64,000 nucleotides of DNA from an uncultured Verrucomicrobiae bacterium (GCA_963762565.1 CAVXLD010000007.1:96001-160000); one strand, 5' to 3'; positions 19,528-29,712 are shown, counted from the stretch's first letter. The notes: a model not told the origin generated them from the sequence alone. Program-made: numbers and translations.

Positions 19528-20493
19528 ATGATCTACCGCCGAGCCTGCAACACCTCTTTTCCGTCGCTGTTTGACTGTTGTTTAGCGATGGTGATTACGG
19601 GCGCGCTGCTTTCATCGCCAACATTGGGTCAAGCTCAATCGTCCGAGTCTACCCTTGAACAAATGACCATCACCGGACAGGTGTCCCCAGGCGGGTATAG
19701 TGCCTATGGTGCGCCGGAAGCATTTTCGCGTAGTCGCCTGGGGGCACTGACCCAAACTTACGTTCTGCCTCCTTTTACTGCCTATGCCGGACTTGAGTAC
19801 GAATTAACCACCCCTCGTAAAGGTCTTCCGGACAATCTTTTTACCCAGGAGCTCGAAATTGGGTTGCCCTATCGATTCGGTGTCGCAATGGAAAACAACG
19901 TGGACGCTTTCAATCGTTCAGTGCGGGAGAGTACCACTAGCTTTGAGATTCGCTACGCTCTGGCCGATTGGAATAAGATCCCGCTGAATCCGACTGTCTT
20001 CGCCGAATACAAAATCGGTATTGGGCCTTTAAATGAGACTGCAGAAGTAGGGTCTCAGGACCCGGGAGAGCAGGGACGGACTCCCAACGCGTACGAGTTG
20101 AGGTTGCTTCTTGCCGAAGATTGGGGTGACAAGGTCGAATGGGCCCTTGACGGTTTCTGTGAACAGGAATTGAGCGGAGATCGCGGCCGCGAGTGGGGTT
20201 TTGCACAAAGCATCGCTGTGCCGCTTCTTCATGAACAAGAAAAGCTTAAAGTCGGCGTCGAAATGCAGTATAGCAACCACACAGATCACGGTGATAAGCC
20301 GGTCCGACAGTTTGAGCTAGGTCCAAGTTTAGCCTTCAAGCCCACGCGCCATACCCGCATAGACTTTGCTCCTCTATTCGGCACAACTAGTGCCGGACCC
20401 GACTTGCAGCTGTTCCTTATCTTCTCGACAGTGCTAGGGCCTAAAGAGGAAGCAGGCGAACCGGAAGCACCCGCATCGATACGGAATCGCTAA
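19528..20493 (+). CDS. Hypothetical outer-membrane beta-barrel-like protein
   Basis: Signal peptide and alternating beta-strand pattern (QELEIGLPYRF, EIRYALADW, YELRLLL). Start approximate. Confidence 0.7.
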   Translation: MIYRRACNTSFPSLFDCCLAMVITGALLSSPTLGQAQSSESTLEQMTITGQVSPGGYSAYGAPEAFSRSRLGALTQTYVLPPFTAYAGLEYELTTPRKGLPDNLFTQELEIGLPYRFGVAMENNVDAFNRSVRESTTSFEIRYALADWNKIPLNPTVFAEYKIGIGPLNETAEVGSQDPGEQGRTPNAYELRLLLAEDWGDKVEWALDGFCEQELSGDRGREWGFAQSIAVPLLHEQEKLKVGVEMQYSNHTDHGDKPVRQFELGPSLAFKPTRHTRIDFAPLFGTTSAGPDLQLFLIFSTVLGPKEEAGEPEAPASIRNR

Positions 20494-20666
20494 GACTAAC
20501 AATCAGCTCGGCCATTAGCTAAGAGAACCCGAATCGGGCTTCATACGTCTACTGATGATGCGCAATCCAGCCTTTGCGCCGTCTGAAGACCGAACGTGCC
20601 GCGCCGCCAGAGGCCATGGACCTCTTTCATCAATGTGCCTTTTTGCGACTATTTTCTTTGCGCTCT

Positions 20667-20697
20667 TCCGCCTTCGCAAGGCCTACGGCGCGACAAG
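20667..20697 (+). mobile_element. ~30-bp hairpin mini-element inserted in a family C repeat
   Basis: ctttgcgctct|tccgccttcgcaaggcctacggcgcgacaag|ttttgcggctatt. Confidence 0.6.
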
Positions 20698-20742
20698 TTT
20701 TGCGGCTATTCTGGTTGCGTTTCGGCAACGAATCTCCGCCTT

Positions 20743-22878
20743 CTAAAACTGTAGCGTGATCGTATCCTGAATCGTAAATCTGGGACCGTAGGCCGACTGG
20801 AAAATTCCAATCCCTTCGGCGGGTCGAATCAGGTTTGTGCGATCGAGGAGATTGAGAATCGTAAGTCGATTGATCAGTTCGCCAATTCCCGGAATCTTGA
20901 ACGACCGCTGAGCGCTGACATTGATTTGGAAGACGGCGGGAAGCTGGTCGGAGTCGGCAAAGCCGCCCCGCAAACCGCTGCTATACACCGCATCGACGCT
21001 GAACGAATACGGCTTCCAGGTGTAGGTCGCCCCCGCTGAGATCCCGACGATCGGCTGGTGATCGAGCACAATGAAATGGTGTTGGATGTACGCGAGTTCA
21101 GTTGGATCAAAATTAAATTGTCCTGTGTTTACACCGGTTTGCAGATTCTTGCCAAAGGTCAGGTTGGCATAGAGGCTCAGATTCTGAATCTTGTAATTGG
21201 CGGCGACTTCGATCCCATAGATGTGTCCGTGGCCGTAGTTGAATGGGGCAAAGATGGGGACGACGCCGAATTGACCAGTATCTAGATAGTGGCGGGTGAT
21301 CTCGTAAAAGTTATCCTCAGAGATGGTCAAAGCTGGCGTGACCTGCTGGATAATACCGATATCAAATTCGTAATCGTCTTCCGTTTTAGGATCTACGGTT
21401 CCAGTGGGTCCCGCCTCTCCGCTAGTCCCGGCAAAGGCCTTGGATGCATCTGGTGCAATACCTTGAAAGCTCGGGATCTGCAGGTAACGGGCGAAACCGG
21501 CGTGGAGGGTAGTTCCCGATAGCGGTTGGTAGGAGATGTTAATCGTGGGATCGAACTGGCTGGACCGGGTAAATCCGGTTAATACGTCCCAGCGAATGCC
21601 GGCGTTCACTTTTATCTGACTGGTAATTTGCCAGAGATCGTTGAGATAGATTCCTCCTAGAAAATTGGTGGCACTAGTATTTGCGCTAATGTGAACAGGG
21701 ACGTTGCTGGTCTGGTTCCCGTTTGCGTCGACCCGGAAGACCAAGGATGAGGTTTCTGCGATTACCCTGTATTCACCAAAGTAAAAGCCAGTGCCCAGGG
21801 TGTGGCTGCCGAGTTGATAAGTCAGATCGCCTTGCAATGTATTGTCGAAATCGACGTGGCTGGCGGTCGAGGCTACACCTTGGTAGACGAGTTCCCCAGC
21901 GTTATCCGGGCGAAACTGCTGAGTGATCGAATGAAGCGAGTAAGAGATCTGATAAGCGAGATCCGGAGTAGGAGCGCTTTTTAATGAAAGAATGGCCAGG
22001 TAGTCTCTGAAGTTAAGATTAGAATCGATATCCGCAGAATTAGAAATTTTTGAGTTTGCCAGGGTGAATTCCGGCGTCAGGTTGGGGACGTTGGGCAGCT
22101 GATTGTTACTGGCAGCGGCTGACAGGATCAAACTGAGTTTGGTGTTATCGTCCAAGGCATAACTGAACACACCGAAAGCTTGTCCTTGGTTGGTCCAATT
22201 GTGGATCGGATTGGGGCCGCTGGTAGCAGGACTAAACGCCGTGTTACCCTCGTCATAGAGTGCGCTGACGTAATAACTCAATTTTCCGATACTTCCGGCG
22301 TACTGAGCTGTAGGTTCCAGAGTATCTCGTTGGCCGAAAGTAAGGCTGACACTGCCTCCGGGTTGCTCAGCTCCATCTTTAGTTTCAATGTCCACGACCC
22401 CCCCGGTGGCGTAGCTGTACCGAGACGGTAAGACGCCGTCGAGCAGGCTAAGCTGCTTGATAAACATCGGGTTAATCATGGAGACGAAAGGAGGATTGGT
22501 ATTGATATCGTACGGAACCATCACTCCGTTGATCTGGTACTGGAACTGCGGGCCTTCGGTGTTTCGAATGTGAATTTGTTGATTTTGATCAATCGCGACG
22601 CCGGGCATCTGGGCTAGCACATCGGTAATGTTGGTGGTTTCGCCTTGGGGTAGGTTGGTGATGTCGGGTGCGCCGATCGTGTAGGCGTTGGCTAACGTTA
22701 CCGACTGGCCGGGTCCGGTTGAATTGATGCCTTGGACCACGATGGGCTGTAATTCTTGAGCCCAGGCGGAGAAACCGACAATGAAGGAGCCCAGGAAGGC
22801 GAATAGCCAAAAGCCACTAGCCGATGGTTGATGGGAAGGGAGAGTTTTGGTGACAGACGAAAGACGGATCTGGAGCAC
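20743..22878 (-). CDS. TonB-dependent receptor, probably iron-regulated
   Basis: TonB-box-like ELQPIVV, plug LAQMPGV...INGV, barrel, NLLDR, C-terminal Phe; Fur box directly upstream. Confidence 0.9.
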   Translation of the reverse strand: MLQIRLSSVTKTLPSHQPSASGFWLFAFLGSFIVGFSAWAQELQPIVVQGINSTGPGQSVTLANAYTIGAPDITNLPQGETTNITDVLAQMPGVAIDQNQQIHIRNTEGPQFQYQINGVMVPYDINTNPPFVSMINPMFIKQLSLLDGVLPSRYSYATGGVVDIETKDGAEQPGGSVSLTFGQRDTLEPTAQYAGSIGKLSYYVSALYDEGNTAFSPATSGPNPIHNWTNQGQAFGVFSYALDDNTKLSLILSAAASNNQLPNVPNLTPEFTLANSKISNSADIDSNLNFRDYLAILSLKSAPTPDLAYQISYSLHSITQQFRPDNAGELVYQGVASTASHVDFDNTLQGDLTYQLGSHTLGTGFYFGEYRVIAETSSLVFRVDANGNQTSNVPVHISANTSATNFLGGIYLNDLWQITSQIKVNAGIRWDVLTGFTRSSQFDPTINISYQPLSGTTLHAGFARYLQIPSFQGIAPDASKAFAGTSGEAGPTGTVDPKTEDDYEFDIGIIQQVTPALTISEDNFYEITRHYLDTGQFGVVPIFAPFNYGHGHIYGIEVAANYKIQNLSLYANLTFGKNLQTGVNTGQFNFDPTELAYIQHHFIVLDHQPIVGISAGATYTWKPYSFSVDAVYSSGLRGGFADSDQLPAVFQINVSAQRSFKIPGIGELINRLTILNLLDRTNLIRPAEGIGIFQSAYGPRFTIQDTITLQF

Positions 22879-22883
22879 ACCTT

Positions 22884-22912
22884 AATGAGAATGATTCTCA
22901 TTTGCATGTCAA
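22884..22912 (-). promoter_or_regulatory. Fur box overlapping a sigma70 promoter
   Basis: Perfect 9-1-9 palindrome AATGAGAATgATTCTCATT at 22884-22902; TTGACA on the minus strand at 22907-22912. Confidence 0.85.
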
Positions 22913-23011
22913 GTTTGTCATTTTTCGATTTTTGACCCTCGGCTTCCCCAGGCGGGCCCCGAGATGATGCAGATTGTTTGCAAAGACGCAAAGATCACAG
23001 GGTCCAAATCG

Positions 23012-23194
23012 GGGAGGGCGCGCGCCCCCGCGCGCCGCGATGACGTGCCACAACCCAAGGGAGCAATTCTGTCCCCGATTACAACACGTGTTCCGCTTCG
23101 TAAACAAACGGATCGCGAGGATCCGACGTCGCCGAAGCTGGAAGAAAATAAACGCTAAGGCGAAGGCTATGTCGGACAGGCAGCGATCCCTCCC
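23012..23194 (+). repeat. REPIN-like family A element with a mini-element inserted in the right REP loop
   Basis: gatcgcgagga|tccgac...gtcggacagg|..gcgatccctccc. Confidence 0.75.
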
Positions 23195-23394
23195 GGACCC
23201 CTGGGCCTGGGCGCGTTGACGCCGTTGCACGGTACGAACTAACCGGGTCGAGTTTTTGAACAGTGCGACATTTCGGCCGGATGGGTTGAGTTGACCCAAT
23301 CTTTATAAGTCGCTTGGAAAGAGCATCTTAAGAAATTTTTAACCACTTGGCACGTTAACTGTTTAGGCACTGATTTAGAAAGGCAACAAAGGGT

Positions 23395-23592
23395 ATGAAA
23401 CTTACAAAAATTCTAGGACAAGCTAACCGATCGTTTGCCAGTGTTCTATTGGCGTTCAGCGTATTTGGATTTCTTTTTCCGCATCCTGCTAAAAAAGCGG
23501 AACAGAATTACCGAGTGAACCTGACAACCTCTGAGCAGGCAACGTCACCGCAACCGGCTGACGACGGGTCGCGATACGAGTGGTGGTATTGA
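23395..23592 (+). CDS. Small secreted/membrane protein ending YEWWY
   Basis: 65 aa with a hydrophobic N-terminal helix; C-terminus matches the ORF at 57826. Confidence 0.7.
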   Translation: MKLTKILGQANRSFASVLLAFSVFGFLFPHPAKKAEQNYRVNLTTSEQATSPQPADDGSRYEWWY

Positions 23593-23709
23593 GTTGTTAA
23601 AAATCTCGGCGCCACACCCAAAGAGCAGTGCAAGGTTGCTCTTTCGAGCGATAGCGCCGGCGCTCTTCCTATTAAATATTAGCGGAGAGCAAAAAGAGGG
23701 AAAGTAAGT

Positions 23710-24783
23710 ATGAAGTTCTTACATCAAAGGAAGGCAATCTTTCTTTGCGGATGTTTAGTGGTGGCTAGCGTAGCGAACGGATTCGCATCTCCCATCGCCA
23801 CGCCCGCTTCGCAACCGGCACCTCAAGCCGTGCAGCAAAGCTCGGAACAATTGCGTGAGCTAGTGGCGCCGATTGCGCTCTATCCCGACCCGTTAGTTGG
23901 GCAGGTCCTCGCGGCCGCTACTTATCCGGGAGAAGCGATGGAAGCCAATCAATGGATGCAGCAGCATCAGGGCTTGACCGGTGATGCGTTGGCCAAAGAA
24001 GTAGACAAACAGTCATGGGATCCCAGTGTGAAAGCGTTGACCGAGTTCCCTGCGGTACTCGCTAATATGAGCCAGAACCTGGCTTGGACAGCTGAATTGG
24101 GCGATGCCTACGTTAATCAGCGACAGGAACTGACGCAGACGATCCAAAATATGCGGCACCTGGCAAGGGACGCCGGAAACTTGACACCAACGTCGCAAGA
24201 GAACGTAGCCACAGATGGAGATACGATCGATATCGAGCCTACATCGACCGATAACGTTTATGTTCCTCAATATGATCCTTGGCTGGTCTACGGGGACCTA
24301 CTACCGGTTTTCCCTGGTTGGGATCCCTATCCTGGACTTTACCTTGACGGCCCTGGAATCGCGTTTGGATTAGGCTTCGGGCTTGGTTGGTTTGGGGGCT
24401 ACGGCTGGGGTTGGAATAACTGGGGATGCGATTGGCATCAGGGCGCGGTTCTCTACAACCATCAGGCGTTCGTTTCCCATAGTCGAACCATTGCAGACAG
24501 AAACAGTGCCCACACTGTAGGTCACGGCTCAGTAGGTCACGCTTTTCATTCGGGTCGATTCGGCGGACATGCGGCTTCCCACGTGACTCACAGCTCGCAC
24601 ATGGCAATGGCAAGGAACTTCCACAACCTTGGCCGATCTCATTACGGCGCTCACACGTATTTCCATAGCGGAGGGTTTCACGGGTCTCACGGAGGAGGAT
24701 TCCATGGTGGAGGGTTTCATGGAGGCGGGGGATTCCATCGTGGTGGAGGATTCCATGGCGGGGGCCACGGAGGACGCAGATAA
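23710..24783 (+). CDS. DUF3300 domain protein with Gly/His-rich tail
   Basis: LVAPIALYPDPL...AATYP...WDPSVKAL...WTAELGDA...VYVPQYDP; GGFHG repeats. Confidence 0.9.
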   Translation: MKFLHQRKAIFLCGCLVVASVANGFASPIATPASQPAPQAVQQSSEQLRELVAPIALYPDPLVGQVLAAATYPGEAMEANQWMQQHQGLTGDALAKEVDKQSWDPSVKALTEFPAVLANMSQNLAWTAELGDAYVNQRQELTQTIQNMRHLARDAGNLTPTSQENVATDGDTIDIEPTSTDNVYVPQYDPWLVYGDLLPVFPGWDPYPGLYLDGPGIAFGLGFGLGWFGGYGWGWNNWGCDWHQGAVLYNHQAFVSHSRTIADRNSAHTVGHGSVGHAFHSGRFGGHAASHVTHSSHMAMARNFHNLGRSHYGAHTYFHSGGFHGSHGGGFHGGGFHGGGGFHRGGGFHGGGHGGRR

Positions 24784-24809
24784 GGGCTAACGGTTCGTTG
24801 GGGGAGGGT

Positions 24810-24838
24810 GGTAGCCAGGCATTAAGTGCCTGGCTACC
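24810..24838. repeat. 12-bp-stem REP-like hairpin
   Basis: ggtagccaggca-ttaag-tgcctggctacc. Confidence 0.65.
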
Positions 24839-24853
24839 TAGCCGTGTGGGTGT

Positions 24854-25005
24854 GAACAGTAAGCGGTAAGCGGTAAGCAGTAAGCAGTAAGCAGTAAGCT
24901 GTATCAGTCGCTTACTGACGATCAGTGACCGATTACTGATTCACTGCTTACCGCTTACTGCTTACTGCTTACCGCTTACTGCTTACCGCTTACCGCTTAC
25001 TGTTC
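24854..25005. repeat. Large inverted repeat built of (c[a/g]gtaag)n heptamers between convergent genes
   Basis: gaacagtaagcggtaagcggtaagcagtaagc...gcttactgcttaccgcttaccgcttactgttc. Confidence 0.85.
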
Positions 25006-25016
25006 CGGCGCCATCA

Positions 25017-26249
25017 TCACAAAAAGAGTCCGCCTGCCACGGCTCCAACCAGCACCAGGATCCATGGAGCCACTTTCCAAATCTGCAGTCCAAGGAAAAG
25101 TGCTAGAGCAAGCGCTAAGCTTTTGGCCGAATCAATCGCGCTGGTCCAGATGGGTTGATAAAGAGCGGCTAACAAGACACCCACAACGGTGGCGTTAGCG
25201 CCTGCTAACAATGATTGGGCTGTAGCAGATGCCCGCAGCCGATTCCACAGCGGAAGCAAGCCTGTGACCAGAAGCATCGGCGGCAATAAGATAGCGAACA
25301 CGCACCAGAGTCCGGCGAGCCAACCGGTAGGGGAACCGTTCTTGGCGGCACCGAGATAAGCGGCGAAGGAAAAGACCGGACCGGGTAGTGCTTGAGCGAT
25401 GCCATACCCGGCCAGGAAGATATTATTATCTTCCCAAGCCCGCGGTACGACCTCGGCTTGTAAAAGAGGGAGAACAACATGGCCGCCGCCGAACACCAAC
25501 GATCCAGTTCGATAGAAACTGTCGAACAGCGCCAGCCAGCCGTCCTGTTTACCGGCGGCAAGAAGAGGCACCAGGAAAAGACAGAAAGCGAAGATCGCGA
25601 GCGAAGTGATCGATTGAATCCGGTTGGGAAGCTGGGTGAATACCTCAGTTTTATCAGTAGTTGGGTTCGTGCGGATGAGTCTCCAACCAAGCAAAGCGCC
25701 GACCGCGATGGTGAGGACTTGGACCCAAGAATTATTATTGAGGAGGATAACGACGGCGGCGACGAAGGCGAAAGTGATGCGGGTGCGGTCTGTACAAAGT
25801 TTCGTTGCCATCGACCAAACCGCTTGAGCGACGACAGCCACAGCCACAATCTTCAAGCCGTGAAGCCAGCCTGCGGTTTGGTCGCCGTTGACCCAATGAA
25901 TACCGTAGGCGGCTAACAACATAATGATGACAGACGGGATAGTGAACGCTCCCCAGGAGCAAAGAGCCCCGGTAATGCCGCCGCGGGTCATGCCGATCGA
26001 ATAGCAGACCTGGCTGCTAGTCGGGCCCGGTAAGAAATTGCAGAGTGCCACTAAATCGGCAAAGACTTGTTCACTGATCCATTTTCTGCGTTCGACAAAT
26101 TCCTGGCGGAAGTAACCCAGGTGCGCGATGGGGCCGCCAAAAGAAGTTAGTCCAAGTCGCAAGAAGATCAGGAAGATCTCAAGGTGATTGGCGCGTGGGG
26201 CGACGGCTGCGGCTGGGGTTTTTCCATCTTGAGGTGGAGTGATGTTCAT
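25017..26249 (-). CDS. chrA: Chromate efflux transporter
   Basis: LGLTSFGGPIAH, FLPGPTSSQ, GSLVFGGGHVVLPLL, AQALPGP. Confidence 0.95.
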   Translation of the reverse strand: MNITPPQDGKTPAAAVAPRANHLEIFLIFLRLGLTSFGGPIAHLGYFRQEFVERRKWISEQVFADLVALCNFLPGPTSSQVCYSIGMTRGGITGALCSWGAFTIPSVIIMLLAAYGIHWVNGDQTAGWLHGLKIVAVAVVAQAVWSMATKLCTDRTRITFAFVAAVVILLNNNSWVQVLTIAVGALLGWRLIRTNPTTDKTEVFTQLPNRIQSITSLAIFAFCLFLVPLLAAGKQDGWLALFDSFYRTGSLVFGGGHVVLPLLQAEVVPRAWEDNNIFLAGYGIAQALPGPVFSFAAYLGAAKNGSPTGWLAGLWCVFAILLPPMLLVTGLLPLWNRLRASATAQSLLAGANATVVGVLLAALYQPIWTSAIDSAKSLALALALFLGLQIWKVAPWILVLVGAVAGGLFL

Positions 26250-26277
26250 GCCGGGTGATGGTTAGGGCGCAAGCCCT

Positions 26278-26688
26278 GTAGCGCGCCTCGCTTGCGAGGC
26301 CGTTGTAACCAAGGTTGAGGACGGTGCATAACAATCGGTGGGTTGGGTCCTCGAGCGTAGAAAGGCACGGGTCGCAACATAGAGCGCTGAGAGAGGTTAG
26401 GTGTGCATTACGCTGTTTCCTTGTTCACCCCGGCCTCGCAAGCGAGGCGCGCTCCACGGTGGCAACCCCTTCGGCCTCGCAAGCGAGGCGCGCTCCACGG
26501 GGTGGCGACCCCTTCGGCCTCGCAAGCGAGGCGCGCTCCACGGGGTGGCGACCCCTTCGGCCTCGCAAGCGAGGCGCGCTCCACGGGGTGGCGACCCCTT
26601 CGGCCTCGCAAGCGAGGCGCGCTCCACGGTGGCGACCCCTTCGGCCTCGCAAGCGAGGCAGCGCTCCACGGTGGCGACCCCTTCGGCC
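26278..26688. repeat. REPIN-like family B element whose right arm is expanded to six 41-43-bp tandem units
   Basis: Unit cggcctcgcaagcgaggcgcgctccacggggtggcgacccctt, starting at 26431, 26472, 26515, 26558, 26601 and 26642. Confidence 0.9.
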
Positions 26689-26693
26689 CGCCC

Positions 26694-28205
26694 TCACGCA
26701 TACTCAATCAGTTGCATGAAGCCGAAGTCCATGTGCAGCTGCTGGTGACAGTGGAACAGAGTTAATCCAGGATTGTCGGCAACGAAGTCGAATTCAACCT
26801 CATGAAACCCGCCAAGCATTATGACGTCCTTAATAATCCCGGCAGTCGGTTTGCCGCCCACGCGCACCAGCTCGAAGCTGTGGCGGTGCAGATGTAACGG
26901 ATGGACGTCGTCGCTCGCATTGCGAAATTTGAACCGGTAGCGTTTACCCTCATGCACGGTGAGCTTCGGGGTCATCGTCTCCATTGAGAAAGCCTGGCCG
27001 TTGAGAGTCCATTCGTTAAACCCGTGCAGCGCCGCATTGTGCTTTACGATCAGCATTTCGATTGTTTCGTCGGGAGGTGCGGCAGTCGCTCCCGGTTTGG
27101 CGAAGATAGTGTAATCCCAGCGGTAAGGTTTTGGTTTGACCCATTGCGGCTTACCCTGGCGCCCGGCGTATTCGATGACGATGCCCATGCCGTGGCCGCG
27201 GTCGTCATCGGCGAGGTCGCCCATCACCCACACACCCGGATGGTTCATCTCGACGATTGCCGAGATGCGCTCGGCAGTGCCAATCCATAACACTGGTACA
27301 TCTGCCGGGTTTGGCACAGGGTTGCCGTCCAGCGAGACGACATGGAAGCTATGGCCGGGCAGCGCCAGGCTGCGGATTTCCGTCGCGCTGGCATTAAGTA
27401 TGTGAAAGAGAACGCGCTCACCCTGCTTGACCTTTAGCGGTTCGCCTTGACCCAGCAGCTTCCCGTTGATGCAGAAGAGATCATAACCGACCTCGTACCC
27501 CTTAGTTTTTACCTGCGCCTCGGTATCGGCCTTCTTTCCGATCTGCTGTAGCTCGGGTATCGGCGTTCCGGCGAGAAAATCCATCGCCATATCGCCACCC
27601 TGGCTGAAGGTCGGCTCGAATTCTTTAAGTGTGAGAAAGATTTCGCGATCGTAGGCGCCCGGATCGTGCTTCGGCTCGATGTACACAGGCCCCACCTGTC
27701 CCGTGTACGTGCCACGGTTGAGGTCGCCGCCGGCAACGACATGCGTGTGGTAGAAGCGAAACCCGGCCGGCTTCGGCGTAAAGGTGATGCGCCGCATGCC
27801 ATGCGCCTGCACGTAGGGGGTGCCTTCTTCAGCTGAGCCGTCGACGCCGGGCGGGATGATCTGGCCGTGCCAGTGCACAAGCTCGGGCGTATCCGTGTCG
27901 TTAAATATGTCGACTGTAACCGGCTCCCCTTCTTTGAGGCGCAATAGCGGGCCGGGGAACTGGTTATTATAGAGGGTCGTCGAGACGATGTGGTCGGGCG
28001 CGAGCTCGATAAGACCTGTGGCGATACGCAACGTGACGTCGGCTGGTCCGGGTTCGACCGGCGGCGTTGGCGTCGCTGCTGGCATTGGCATCTGCGTGGA
28101 ATTCTGGGCGATGGCGGGGTTCGATAGAATTGCACTGCCCCCAGCCAAAGCGCTCGCCAGCAAGAACCGCCGGCGCGTAAACTGATCCTCTTCGGGCGCT
28201 CGCAT
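26694..28205 (-). CDS. Tat-exported multicopper oxidase
   Basis: TRRRFL; HWHG, FYHTH, HPLHLH, HCHQQLHMDFGFM. Confidence 0.95.
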   Translation of the reverse strand: MRAPEEDQFTRRRFLLASALAGGSAILSNPAIAQNSTQMPMPAATPTPPVEPGPADVTLRIATGLIELAPDHIVSTTLYNNQFPGPLLRLKEGEPVTVDIFNDTDTPELVHWHGQIIPPGVDGSAEEGTPYVQAHGMRRITFTPKPAGFRFYHTHVVAGGDLNRGTYTGQVGPVYIEPKHDPGAYDREIFLTLKEFEPTFSQGGDMAMDFLAGTPIPELQQIGKKADTEAQVKTKGYEVGYDLFCINGKLLGQGEPLKVKQGERVLFHILNASATEIRSLALPGHSFHVVSLDGNPVPNPADVPVLWIGTAERISAIVEMNHPGVWVMGDLADDDRGHGMGIVIEYAGRQGKPQWVKPKPYRWDYTIFAKPGATAAPPDETIEMLIVKHNAALHGFNEWTLNGQAFSMETMTPKLTVHEGKRYRFKFRNASDDVHPLHLHRHSFELVRVGGKPTAGIIKDVIMLGGFHEVEFDFVADNPGLTLFHCHQQLHMDFGFMQLIEYA

Positions 28206-28626
28206 AACTGAATAAGAATGCGCGAAGAAGGTCGGGTAGCAAGCTGGGTTGCTGGTAACCGCTGGGAACGACTCGGCGCGTCAGTCGGAGTAGCGTACGG
28301 TTCCCATGCGGAGGCGCAACGCTTCGGGGACCGTTGTCGGTCGTTCGGGAGCCTCGCCCCACCAAAATTTCGCCGATTCGCCGATACGCACCTGCCATCC
28401 GATCGAGCTACCAAACTATAAAGCGGCTCCCCTCCGATCGTTGGGCATGCGGCGCCGGGGTTTCGAGGACGAGGACAACGACGACAACGATTATGGCCGG
28501 CTCAACTACCCCTTCCCAAATAGATTCACCATGACGACTCCGGAGATGGCAATCGCTCCGCAGAGAAGAGAAAGCCAGGTTGGCAACTCACCCAACCAGA
28601 TCCAGGCGATGCCGAGCGTCAAGTTC

Positions 28627-28836
28627 GTGGAGCGCGCCTCGCTTCCGCCTCCGCTTCGCTACGCCGCGGCAGGTGCGAGGCCGTGGCGAGCAAAGGAACA
28701 TCGTAGTGCACACCTAATTTCTCTCTCCGCTCTGAGGCGCGACCCTATCCTCTTTAGGTGCGAGGACCCAACCCACCGGTTGTTATGCGCCATCCTCAAC
28801 CTTGGTTACAACGGCCTCGCAAGCGAGGCACGCTCC
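28627..28836. repeat. REPIN-like family B element (inverted relative of 26278-26457) with a 30-bp mini-element in the left hairpin loop
   Basis: Spacer is the diverged reverse complement of the 26300-26430 spacer; insert at 28644-28673. Confidence 0.85.
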
Positions 28837-28881
28837 AGGGCTTGACGCCTATAGGTGGCCACCGGACCGATCACAGCGTTG

Positions 28882-29631
28882 TTACCAGGCGGTCCAGCCA
28901 CCATCGACTGCCAGGATTGCACCGGTAGTAAACTTCGCTGCATCTGACGCGAGATAGAGGACAGCCGCCGCGATTTCTTCGCTGGTGCCGAATCGGCCGA
29001 CGGGATGCTGTGATAGTAACCAGGTTTGCGCCTCGGCCGGGAACCGGGCTACCATCTCGGTGTCAATGGTGCCAGGTGCAACCGCGTTTACGCGAATGCC
29101 TTGCTTTCCGAACTCGACTGCGGCGGCTTTAGTCAGTCCTTCCACGGCGTGTTTGGTTGCCACATAGATGCTAGCGTTAGCTAATCCGATATGCCCGGCG
29201 ATACTCGAGGTATTAACAATGGCGCCTCCTCCGGTCTTGAGCATGGCAGGAATTTCATGCTTCATCGAATTCAGAACGCCCCATACATTGATATCGAACG
29301 TCGAGCGATACTGTTCTTCCGTGACTTGATCGAGCGGTCCTAGCATTTCCACGCCAGCATTGTTAAAGGCCACATCGAGCCGGCCGTAGGTGGACAGCAC
29401 AAACTCGATTACTTTCACGATGTCAGCTTCCTTGGAGGCGTCGGCCCGAACAAAGGCCGCCGTTCCGCCGATCTTGTTAATTTCCGCAACGACCTCGGCT
29501 CCTTCCTTTTCGCGCCGGCCGGTAATGATGACTTTCCCGCCGGCATTGGCGAAGGCAGTGGCGGTTACTTTGCCGATACCGGAGGTGCCTCCGGTAATCA
29601 GGACGATTTTGTTAGTAAAACTGCTTTGCAT
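28882..29631 (-). CDS. Short-chain dehydrogenase/reductase
   Basis: TGGTSGIG, FNNAG, YVATK. Confidence 0.95.
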   Translation of the reverse strand: MQSSFTNKIVLITGGTSGIGKVTATAFANAGGKVIITGRREKEGAEVVAEINKIGGTAAFVRADASKEADIVKVIEFVLSTYGRLDVAFNNAGVEMLGPLDQVTEEQYRSTFDINVWGVLNSMKHEIPAMLKTGGGAIVNTSSIAGHIGLANASIYVATKHAVEGLTKAAAVEFGKQGIRVNAVAPGTIDTEMVARFPAEAQTWLLSQHPVGRFGTSEEIAAAVLYLASDAAKFTTGAILAVDGGWTAW

Positions 29632-29712
29632 GTTGGAGTTGGTTCGATTGGGTTTGGTGTTCTAAATTTAGATTACTTGTGCTTTCAAAAGGGTGAGAAA
29701 TGAACCTGACGT

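Noticed and set aside
26431..26688. CRISPR array or repeat-protein ORFs
   Set aside because: Tandem REP units without spacers; ORFs in several frames are by-products of the repeat
28218..28845. ORFs upstream of the multicopper oxidase
   Set aside because: They run through REP and low-complexity repeats with no protein-like signal
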